A stretch of DNA of 32,000 nt from Candidatus Methylomirabilis oxygeniifera (GCA_000091165.1 FP565575.1:2130001-2162000), one strand, 5' to 3'; counted from the first letter of the stretch, positions 24,910 through 31,237 are shown. A program made the numbers and translations. Notes: a model not told the origin generated them from the letters alone.

Positions 24910-25395
24910 ATGTGGACAGAAGTTCGGGTACGTAGCGTGGGACCAAGCGAGATTATCGGGATAGCCGGAATCCTCGTCGCCATCGGCACCTATTTTTCTG
25001 GCGTCAGGCATGGTAGGCGGCAGGAACACGCCAGGTTTGAGCACGACCGCGATCTCGAACGAGAAAGGCGACTCCACGAGCTGGCAGGAAAGGTTGCTGA
25101 CGAATACGTAGGTATGTCCCGTCGCAACTATGACCGGGGGCCACACGCGATGGCTACGCTCGGCCTTGACCAACTCGGCAGCGATGCCCTTATCAGGGAA
25201 GCCATTCACGAGATGTACGTTCGAAGTGGAAGCGACCCGTGGGCTGGCCAGGGCGGCCACGTCGATGATTTGGACCTCGTAGCTTTCTTCCGACACGTTC
25301 GTGAGAAGAAGGTAGACTTCTCCCACACTCAAGTCGAGAAGGTTGCTCAGGAGGTCAGAGCTGCAAGCGGTGCAAAGGGTCGGAAAGCCGTATAA
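24910..25395 (+). CDS. hypothetical N-terminally membrane-anchored protein (possible cassette ORF)
   Basis: 161 aa. A TM helix (IIGIAGILVAIGTYFSGV) is followed by a charged helical domain. The stop abuts the attC-like palindrome. A competing antisense ORF (24892..25332) cannot be excluded from composition alone. Confidence 0.4.
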   Translation: MWTEVRVRSVGPSEIIGIAGILVAIGTYFSGVRHGRRQEHARFEHDRDLERERRLHELAGKVADEYVGMSRRNYDRGPHAMATLGLDQLGSDALIREAIHEMYVRSGSDPWAGQGGHVDDLDLVAFFRHVREKKVDFSHTQVEKVAQEVRAASGAKGRKAV

Positions 25396-25492
25396 TTACG
25401 GCGTGCAGCCGACCGTCGGTGCGCCTTCGTTGCGGGCATCGTGCCCTGTGCGATAGTTGCGCGCCGCGGGCGGCTGACGCCGGGCGTTAGGG
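25390..25492 (+). other. attC-like imperfect palindrome (candidate integron cassette recombination site)
   Basis: CGGCGTGCAGCCG (25399-25411) pairs with CGGCTGACGCCG (25471-25482), 12 bp with one bulged G, and imperfect pairing continues inward. The 3' end GCGTTAGGG (GTTAGGG at 25486-25492) resembles an R' core. The R''-like GTATAAT is poor. Confidence 0.35.
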
Positions 25493-25516
25493 GTAAGAAA
25501 TGAAAAAGAGAGAGTC

Positions 25517-26008
25517 ATGAAACTGTTAGTCGCAATGATCTTGGTAGCCGTGCTTGGAGGCTGCGCAACCGCTTATCAACCGATGGGTGATACCGGCGGT
25601 TTCTATCACCAGAAAGTTGTAGAAAACGCCTATATCATTGGCTTTAAAGGTAATGGGTTCACAGACTCTCAACGGGCAAATGATTTTGCAAAACTTCGCG
25701 CCGCAGAAATTGGATCTAAGCTCGGCTTCACTCATTTCGTTATCGAAGGGACATTGGATAAATCAGGAACCCAGATGGTGGATATGGGAAGTACCACAAC
25801 CACATCTGGCAACGTCTATGGGTACGGTAATTCGGCATCCTTCTACGGCACAAGCAGAACAACGAGCAATACCATGCCGGTCTTTAAACCGGGAGTAGAA
25901 ATCGGAGTTCTGTATTCCGAAGGAGTCCCAGAAGGAAGGCACCTTGAAGTGTTCGTGATTCAAGATGTTATTAATGAACTTAAAGCCAAATACAAAATCA
26001 CTCCCTAA
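25517..26008 (+). CDS. lipoprotein, unknown function (low-GC cassette-like ORF)
   Basis: 163 aa. Signal MKLLVAMILVAVLGG|C has a lipobox LGGC. RBS-like AAGAAATGAAAAAGAGAGAG lies upstream. The gene is visibly AT-richer than its flanks and is followed by an attC-like palindrome. Confidence 0.8.
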   Translation: MKLLVAMILVAVLGGCATAYQPMGDTGGFYHQKVVENAYIIGFKGNGFTDSQRANDFAKLRAAEIGSKLGFTHFVIEGTLDKSGTQMVDMGSTTTTSGNVYGYGNSASFYGTSRTTSNTMPVFKPGVEIGVLYSEGVPEGRHLEVFVIQDVINELKAKYKITP

Positions 26009-26014
26009 CAACAC

Positions 26015-26071
26015 CATCAACTCGGACGTGCAAAAGCGCCGCTTCGCTCTGCTTTTACACGCCGGTTAGCG
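26015..26071 (+). other. attC-like imperfect palindrome (candidate integron cassette recombination site)
   Basis: 57 bp. CATCAAC (R''-like) is followed by arm 26022-26037, which pairs with arm 26051-26064, then GTTAGCG (R'-like). AAC 26019-21 pairs with GTT 26065-67. Two single-base bulges (T26022, A26026) and one mismatch; 13-nt loop. Confidence 0.4.
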
Positions 26072-26079
26072 CAAACGTT

Positions 26080-26187
26080 GAGGCTGTAGAAAAAGTCACA
26101 TGGATGCAAAATCAGTTTTCCTAAGTGCTTGATTTATCCCGGGTAGCATGCCACAAAAAGATGGATTCCGGGGTTTTCTACAGCCTC
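26080..26187. mobile_element. 108-bp foldback element with 14-bp perfect terminal inverted repeats (MITE-like or long attC)
   Basis: GAGGCTGTAGAAAA (26080-26093) and TTTTCTACAGCCTC (26174-26187) enclose an AT-rich 80-nt core. GTT flanks both sides (26077-79, 26188-90). GTTGGAT on the right fits GTTRRRY. Confidence 0.4.
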
Positions 26188-26357
26188 GTTGGATGCCATG
26201 CGGGGAGCGGCCGTGTCGTCCGGTGCGTCCCGCGCTCGCGTCGTGCATAGTTGATGGCGCAGGCCGAAATGGAGGGCGTGTCGCTTGACACACTTGATGA
26301 CCCTCTTGCCTGTGAGCGACTGGGACCATGATAGAACCGTGAATGACCGATGCCGGG

Positions 26358-26900
26358 TCTGTCCGGTACGACGGGTCACTTGAAAAGTACGGCACTGAAC
26401 AGGAGGGTTTGGTCATGAGTAGTGCGGTCGAATTGCCGAGCTTGGCACACGTCATCACGCGTTACCGCTTCGCGTACCTGATGACGACCAGCGCCAAGGG
26501 CGCGCCGCATGCGGTTGCGGTAGCCGCAGTGCTGCAAGGCGGAGACCTGGTCGTGAACGGGATCGGTCGCCGTAGCCGCGAGAACGCGCTGGCGCGGCCG
26601 GCCGTCAGCCTGGTCTGGCCGCCGCAATCCGAAGCGGACTACTCGCTGATCATCGACGGGCAGGCCGCCGTGACCGACGACTCGCTGCGGATCACGCCAA
26701 CACGTGCGGTACTCCATCGTTCGACGCGGTCTTCCGCGCCCAATGTATCGGGGGCCTGCGAATCCGATTGTGTGGAGATCGATCTCAGCCTCTCGTCCGA
26801 CAGGCCGATGATGCGGAGCATATGAATCGGTCGCCACTGAATCTGCCGGCTCACCCGCCGTCCGAACCGACGCCACTGCGCGGCGCGGCTCAACGCTGTC
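26358..26900. repeat. dispersed duplication copy 1 (PNPOx-like gene plus flanks), paired with 30636-31180
   Basis: By-eye alignment shows the same order and orientation. The encoded proteins differ at about 11 of 136 residues. Similarity starts at tctgtccgg and fades after ccactgcgcggcgcggc. Confidence 0.9.
26415..26825 (+). CDS. pyridoxamine 5'-phosphate oxidase-like (split-barrel flavin/deazaflavin-binding) protein, copy 1
   Basis: 136 aa from ATG 26415, preceded by CAGGAGGG. FAYLMTTSAKGAPHAVAVAAVLQGGDLVV...RRSRENALARPAVSLVW is consistent with the PNPOx-like fold. This assignment is from recall only. Confidence 0.6.
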   Translation: MSSAVELPSLAHVITRYRFAYLMTTSAKGAPHAVAVAAVLQGGDLVVNGIGRRSRENALARPAVSLVWPPQSEADYSLIIDGQAAVTDDSLRITPTRAVLHRSTRSSAPNVSGACESDCVEIDLSLSSDRPMMRSI

Positions 26901-26947
26901 GCTACAGGGAGCTTGACAACTGTCACGTGATGGATTACGTTTGATAT

Positions 26948-27229
26948 GTGATCAAGGGCTTCGCAGACAGACACACACAGGCATTGTTCGAGACCGGCCG
27001 GTCCAAGCGATTGCCGTCGGATATACTGCGTCGAGCGCGGAGAAAGCTGGAGTACATCGACTTGGCGACGCGTCTGGATGACCTTCTGGTGCCTCCGGGT
27101 AATCGACTCCACCAGCTCGAGGGAGACCGAAAAGGACAGTACGCGATTGCCATCAACGACCAATGGCGTATATGCTTCCGGTTTGTTGCCGGTGACGCTT
27201 ACGACGTCGAAGTGACGGATTATCACTGA
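26948..27229 (+). CDS. higB: type II toxin HigB (plasmid-maintenance killer protein family)
   Basis: (GTG)IKGFADRHTQALFETGRSKRLPSDILRRARRKLEYID ... NRLHQLEGDRKGQYAIAINDQWRICFRF is the HigB-like toxin signature. Confidence 0.9.
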   Translation: MIKGFADRHTQALFETGRSKRLPSDILRRARRKLEYIDLATRLDDLLVPPGNRLHQLEGDRKGQYAIAINDQWRICFRFVAGDAYDVEVTDYH

Positions 27230-27242
27230 AGTGAGGTGAGCA

Positions 27243-27557
27243 ATGGGCATTGCGAACACAAGGAATAAGGAGGTGCGGCCTATCCACCCGGGCGAGATGC
27301 TTCGGGAGGATTTCCTTCCCGACTATAGGCTCACAGTTTCGGGTCTCGCTCACGCGCTTGGCGTTTCACGCCAGACTGTAAATGAATTACTTCGTGAGCG
27401 CCGGTCGGTAAGTCCGGAGATGGCGCTCAGACTTTCGCGTCTGTTTGGCAACTCTCCTGAGTTCTGGCTGAACGCGCAGCGTGCGATCGATTTATGGGAT
27501 GCCGCCGAGGAGATCGGTCTGGAGGTTAAGCGGATCAAGCCCTTGGTCGCCGCATAA
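27243..27557 (+). CDS. higA: type II antitoxin HigA (XRE-type HTH)
   Basis: IHPGEMLREDFLPDYRLTVSGLAHALGVSRQTVNELLRERRSVSPEMALRLSRLFGNSPEFWLNAQ is the HigA antidote signature. It starts 14 nt after higB. Confidence 0.9.
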   Translation: MGIANTRNKEVRPIHPGEMLREDFLPDYRLTVSGLAHALGVSRQTVNELLRERRSVSPEMALRLSRLFGNSPEFWLNAQRAIDLWDAAEEIGLEVKRIKPLVAA

Positions 27558-27607
27558 CACCAGAAAAATACGTCACTGCAGTGCACCCAACGCACCTATT
27601 ACATGTC

Positions 27608-27730
27608 CTAGGTCTCCTCCAGATCGATCAAGGCCCGGATCATGTCCGTCTCGGTGATAATGCCGACGACCTTCCCGCCCTTTACCACCGGCAGCGCCCC
27701 GATCCGCCGATTGAGGAGCAGACGCGCCGG
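27608..27730 (-). pseudogene. relic 3' end of a CBS-domain gene (copy 1 of 3)
   Basis: Minus-strand translation ARLLLNRRIGALPVVKGGKVVGIITETDMIRALIDLEET* aligns with the C-terminus of the intact CBS gene at 31238..31651. There is no upstream coding continuation. Confidence 0.85.
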
Positions 27731-27759
27731 AAGCTAAACACTCCGGAATCACATTGGGC

Positions 27760-27787
27760 TTGCAAGGACCATAGTGCTACTATAGTA
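27760..27787 (+). promoter_or_regulatory. candidate promoter/operator of the Phd-ParE module
   Basis: TTGCAA (27760-65), a 15-nt spacer, then TATAGT (27781-86). A perfect 10-bp palindrome TACTATAGTA (27778-87) lies 9 nt before the ATG. No SD is present, so the transcript may be near-leaderless. Confidence 0.35.
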
Positions 27788-27795
27788 TTACTTTT

Positions 27796-28053
27796 ATGCG
27801 GACCGAACTCGTCACAACACTGAAGCGCCAGGCCACAGAGCTTCTCTCCGAGCTGGATCGGAACAAGGAGCCTATCCTCATTACGCAGCACGGCGTACCA
27901 AGCGCCTACCTTGTAGACGTTGAAACCTACGAGACCTTGCAGCATCGGATGAGCCTGCTCGAGGGAATCGCGCGTGGGGAGAAAGCTATTGAGGAGGGGC
28001 GTACGCTCACTCATGCGCAGGCCAAAAAGCGCATGAATCGATGGCTGAAGTAA
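27796..28053 (+). CDS. type II antitoxin, Phd/YefM family
   Basis: MRTELVTTLKRQATELLSELDRNKEPILITQHGVPSAYLVDVETYE. It overlaps the toxin gene by 13 nt. Confidence 0.9.
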   Translation: MRTELVTTLKRQATELLSELDRNKEPILITQHGVPSAYLVDVETYETLQHRMSLLEGIARGEKAIEEGRTLTHAQAKKRMNRWLK

Positions 28054-28361
28054 TTTGGACCGAGCCCGCGCTGAGCGACCTGGATGCCATCGCCGACTAC
28101 ATCGCATTGGACAATCCGGACGCGGCGAAGACGTTAGTCCGGAATGTATTTCGGCACGTGGGTCAGCTTGCTGATCATCCCAAGAGCGGTTCTAAGCCAC
28201 AGGAGCTCAAGGGGTGGCGCTACCGACAGATCGTCGAACCACCATGCCGGATCTTCTACCGGGAAGAAGGCTCACGCGTCTATGTGCTGCATGTCATGCG
28301 AGGCGAACGGTTGCTTCGCCCTTCTGTTCTTGTAACCCGCAGCGAGGTGCCGACCAAGTAA
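28041..28361 (+). CDS. parE: type II toxin, ParE/RelE family
   Basis: IWTEPALSDLDAIADYIALDNPDAAKTLV ... YRQIVEPPCRIFYREEGSRVYVLHVMRGER. Confidence 0.9.
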   Translation: MAEVIWTEPALSDLDAIADYIALDNPDAAKTLVRNVFRHVGQLADHPKSGSKPQELKGWRYRQIVEPPCRIFYREEGSRVYVLHVMRGERLLRPSVLVTRSEVPTK

Positions 28362-28412
28362 CGCCCAACTACTGGTTCCACGCGCCGTTCCTACCCCTCA
28401 CGTTGACCGCAC

Positions 28413-28548
28413 TTACGAAGCCTCCTCCAGATCGATCAAGGCCCGGATCATGTCCGTCTCGGTGATGATGCCGACGACCTTCTCATCCTTTAATACCGGC
28501 AGCGCGCCGATCCGTCGATTGAGCAGCAGGCGCGCCGCCTCGGCGGTA
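28413..28548 (-). pseudogene. relic 3' end of a CBS-domain gene (copy 2 of 3)
   Basis: Minus-strand translation PTAEAARLLLNRRIGALPVLKDEKVVGIITETDMIRALIDLEEAS* compares with PIADAARLLLNRRIGALPVVKESKLVGIITETDIIRALIDLEEAS* in the intact gene. It is about 90% identical to copy 1 by eye and clearly less similar to the intact gene. Confidence 0.85.
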
Positions 28549-28646
28549 GGAGCCGCGTTATCTGCCCATGCGTCCCCAACGCCGCCCGGGGATCGACTAT
28601 AGGGCGGCTGAGAAAGGCCGCCGAAGGTGGCAGCGTTTGTCGCGCC
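28549..28646 (+). pseudogene. relic 3' end of a malic-enzyme gene
   Basis: ggagccgcgttatctgcccatgcgtccccaacgccgcccggggatcgact matches 24685-24735 with about 6 differences in 51 nt. In the maeA frame it reads EPRYLPMRPQRRPG versus EPRYRPMRPQRRPA. A second patch, cagcgtttgtcg, matches 24789-24800. Confidence 0.7.
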
Positions 28647-28806
28647 AGAATCGTCTTGATCGGTTGGGCTAAATATGGGAGATTACAAACATATTCGTTG
28701 TTCAGAAGTGGAGTCGATTTGGGAGATAGGCCGCCGGCCTTTGTCGGTTTCAAATGCGGCTCACTTATAGTTCGGTGACAGAAGGAAACGGCGAAGGAGA
28801 ATCGAC

Positions 28807-29046
28807 ATGCCGATTATCGCTCGGTTCTACGGCATCCTCATCAAGTAAGAACACGGCGTCCCCCATTTCCACGCCATCTATGGGGCATTCAACGGTGTCT
28901 TCAACGTCCAGACACTCGAAATGATTGAAGGAGACATGCCCGCCCGTGCCGTAAAGATGGTGAAGGTTTGGGCGAAGAAGTACAATCGGGACCTGATGGA
29001 TATGTGGAAGACACAGAAATATCGACAGCTTCCCGGGTTGGAGTAA
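28807..29046 (+). pseudogene. DUF4160-family gene interrupted by an in-frame TAA at codon 14
   Basis: AAGGAG RBS, then MPIIARFYGILIK*EHGVPHFHAIYGAFNGVFNVQTLEMIEGDMPARAVKMVKVWAKKY... in one continuous frame. FYGI..., PHFHA and the rest match DUF4160 as I recall it. Confidence 0.6.
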
Positions 29047-29052
29047 GAGGGC

Positions 29053-29400
29053 ATGAAGAGCTACCCAAAGATTCAAAGCGTTCAGGTGCTTCCTGGCAAG
29101 AAACTTCGGGTAACGTTCGTCAATGGTGGTATCCGTCTTTACGATTGCCGTCCACTCCTGAAGGAAGAACCATTCAAAGCATTGCAGGACGATGCGCTGT
29201 TTTATCTCGCAAGAGCTGAAGAGCACGGTTACGGGGTCATCTGGAACGACGAAATAGATTTGGCAGAATCAGAAGTCTGGCTTCATGGGCGCACCGAACA
29301 AGGCATTGTAGCTGACCTGTCACGCTTGCATCGCCCTACCGTGAAAAGTCGCAAGGCGAGGTCAAGTGCGAAGGCGGGCGCAAGCGCGCCAGACGGCTAA
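29053..29400 (+). CDS. DUF2442 domain protein (usual partner of DUF4160)
   Basis: MKSYPKIQSVQVLPGKKLRVTFVNGGIRLYDCRPLL ... GYGVIWNDEIDLAESEVW. It starts 7 nt after the DUF4160 stop. Confidence 0.75.
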   Translation: MKSYPKIQSVQVLPGKKLRVTFVNGGIRLYDCRPLLKEEPFKALQDDALFYLARAEEHGYGVIWNDEIDLAESEVWLHGRTEQGIVADLSRLHRPTVKSRKARSSAKAGASAPDG

Positions 29401-29458
29401 ACGCTCCGTTCGGCACGCAATAGAAGGACGTCGCCTACAGGAGTTATGAGGGATCGAG

Positions 29459-29647
29459 ATGATCGAAAAGACGGTCAAGAGATTCGGTGTGGAAAAGGAT
29501 TCATCCATTAAGGAAGACCTGGCTTATTGGCTCAGCAAGACACCCCGAGAGCGCGTCGCCGCCATTGAATTCCTGAGAGGGCAATACCATGGAAGTTCAG
29601 CAAGACTTCAGAGATCTGCTCGAGTTACTCAACAAGAACGACGTTGA
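29459..29647 (+). CDS. small hypothetical protein (62 aa), putative partner of the downstream nucleotidyltransferase-fold protein
   Basis: GAGGGA RBS. KEDLAYWLSKTPRERVAAIEFLRGQY...RLQR resembles small proteins I recall seeing upstream of such NTase-fold genes. It overlaps the next ORF by 59 nt. Confidence 0.5.
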   Translation: MIEKTVKRFGVEKDSSIKEDLAYWLSKTPRERVAAIEFLRGQYHGSSARLQRSARVTQQERR

Positions 29648-30035
29648 GTACATCATCGTGGGAGCCTACGCGCTGGGATTTCATGGCGCCCCCCGCTACA
29701 CGGGCGACCTTGACGTCTTCGCGAAGCCCGAGCCTATCAATGCCAAAAACATCATGCGAGCCCTCCATGCATTTGGGTTTGGATCTGTCGGCCTGACAGA
29801 GGCGGATTTTGAACAAGAGGGCAGAGTCGTGCAGCTCGGATTTCCGCCGGTCAGGGTCGATATCATTACCTCGATCACCGGGGTATCATGGGAACAGGCC
29901 CGCTCGGGTAGGGTCCAAGGTCAATTTGGAGACTTGCCGGTACACTATATCGGCCGGGAGGACCTCATAGCGAATAAGAGAGCGTTGGGCCGCAAGAAGG
30001 ATCTTGCCGATCTGGAAGCTATCGGGGAAGACTGA
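29589..30035 (+). CDS. nucleotidyltransferase-fold protein (minimal NTase / DUF6036-like)
   Basis: 148 aa. FRDLLELLNKNDVEYIIVGAYALGFHGAPRYTGDLDVF has a G-x-n-DxD-like NTase core, with a C-terminal KRALGRKKDLADLEAI. Confidence 0.65.
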   Translation: MEVQQDFRDLLELLNKNDVEYIIVGAYALGFHGAPRYTGDLDVFAKPEPINAKNIMRALHAFGFGSVGLTEADFEQEGRVVQLGFPPVRVDIITSITGVSWEQARSGRVQGQFGDLPVHYIGREDLIANKRALGRKKDLADLEAIGED

Positions 30036-30282
30036 CCACTTGAAGGTGGGCGTGCCAAACATCGGGCTGGACACGGATGCGCAGAACGGCGTCCACGCAC
30101 TTATCAGCTCGGTTGTTCGAGGCCAGTCGGTCCACGCAATTACTGGCAGATAGACTGCTCGCCCCAACCTGGCCAAGGACGCGGCAACCCAAATCATGCA
30201 TGGCGTGTCACTGTCCATAGCAGGTGAGCTCGATTGGGATGCCGCAGCCTTCGCCGCGCCAATCGTCGTGAGGTGAAACACT

Positions 30283-30582
30283 ATGTCGAGAATGTCTAAG
30301 CGGCCCAGTGTCCGCATGCCTACTGCGGAAGAGGACACAATCATTACTGCGGCAGCCAAACGCGACCCCGACGCACAACCCCTTACGTCAAAGCAGTTGC
30401 AGGCCATGGTGCCGCTGAAAGCCCTGCGTGGTCGGCCGAAATCTGCGCACAAGAAGCTGCTCGTGTCCGTGCGCTACAGCCCCGAGGTTGTCGCCTACTT
30501 CAAATCCACCGGAGAAGGGTGGCAGTCGCTCATGGACAGCGTACTTCGGAAATACGTGGCACGCCATTCGCGTCACGCGTAA
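30283..30582 (+). CDS. brnA: BrnA-family antitoxin (DUF4415)
   Basis: DPDAQPLTSKQLQAMVPLKALRGRPKSAHKKLLVSVRYSPEVVAYFKSTGEGWQSLMDSVLRKYV matches the GRPk...K..vslR...v...fk..G.GWQt..n..Lr pattern of BrnA/DUF4415. Confidence 0.8.
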   Translation: MSRMSKRPSVRMPTAEEDTIITAAAKRDPDAQPLTSKQLQAMVPLKALRGRPKSAHKKLLVSVRYSPEVVAYFKSTGEGWQSLMDSVLRKYVARHSRHA

Positions 30583-30635
30583 GCAATGGGCTGAACCTAA
30601 CGGTTGATCGGACAGCCGCAAGCGCAGGTTGCGAT

Positions 30636-31180
30636 TCTGTCCGGCACGACGGGTCACTTGAGAGATACAGTACTGAACAGGAGGGTGTGGTCATGAGTAT
30701 TGCAGTCGAATTGCCGAGCTTGGCACACGTCATCACGCGTTACCGCTTCGCGTACCTGATGACGACCAGCGCCACGGGCGCGCCGCATGCGGTTGCGGTA
30801 GCCGCGGTGCTGCAAGGCGGAGACCTGGTCGTGAACGGGATCGGTCGCCGCAGCCGCGAGAACGCGCTGGCGCGGCCGGCCGTCGGCCTGGTCTGGCCGC
30901 CGCAATCCGAAGCGGACTACTCGCTGATCATTGACGGGCAGGCCGCCGTGACCGGCGAATCGCTTCGGATCACGCCGACGCGCGCGGTACTCCATCGTTC
31001 GGCGCGGTCTTCCGAGCCCGTTGTGTCGGGGGCCTGCGAATCCGATTGCGTGGAGATCGATCTGAGCATCTCGTCCGACAGGCCGATGGCGCGGGGAATA
31101 TGAATCGGTAGCCACTACACGTGCCGGCTCACCCGTCGTCCGAACCGACGCCACTGCGCGGCGCGGCGCAACTTTGTCGT
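30636..31180. repeat. dispersed duplication copy 2 (PNPOx-like gene plus flanks), paired with 26358-26900
   Basis: See copy 1. The two copies are the same length to within 2 nt. Confidence 0.9.
30693..31103 (+). CDS. pyridoxamine 5'-phosphate oxidase-like protein, copy 2
   Basis: 136 aa from ATG 30693, preceded by CAGGAGGG. About 92% amino-acid identity to copy 1. Confidence 0.6.
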   Translation: MSIAVELPSLAHVITRYRFAYLMTTSATGAPHAVAVAAVLQGGDLVVNGIGRRSRENALARPAVGLVWPPQSEADYSLIIDGQAAVTGESLRITPTRAVLHRSARSSEPVVSGACESDCVEIDLSISSDRPMARGI

Positions 31181-31237
31181 TTGAGGCTGGTCAGTCTAAA
31201 CAATTACTGCCAGATATAACGCTCGCCCCAATGACCT

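Noticed and set aside
24892-25332. 146-aa minus-strand ORF competing with the plus-strand ORF 24910-25395
   Set aside because: It is not fully excluded, since its third-position GC is slightly higher. The plus-strand ORF fits the cassette geometry (stop abutting the attC-like site, same orientation as the next cassette) and has a clean TM helix. The plus-strand ORF is kept as the lower-confidence call.
26376-26876. 166-aa minus-strand ORF, conserved again at 30654-31154
   Set aside because: Its conservation is explained by the DNA duplication itself. It is antisense to the PNPOx-like ORFs, is very Arg-rich and has no RBS.
26826-26947. attC-like site after PNPOx copy 1 (GCTCAAC fits RYYYAAC)
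   Set aside because: There is no convincing partner arm or GTTRRRY box downstream, and only 4-bp stems. The equivalent region of copy 2 differs.
28765-29226. 153-aa minus-strand ORF
   Set aside because: It is antisense to the DUF4160/DUF2442 pair, which have strong RBSs and family signatures.
29886-30452. 188-aa minus-strand ORF
   Set aside because: It overlaps the NTase-fold gene and brnA in antisense, has no motif or RBS, and spans a junction between unrelated modules.
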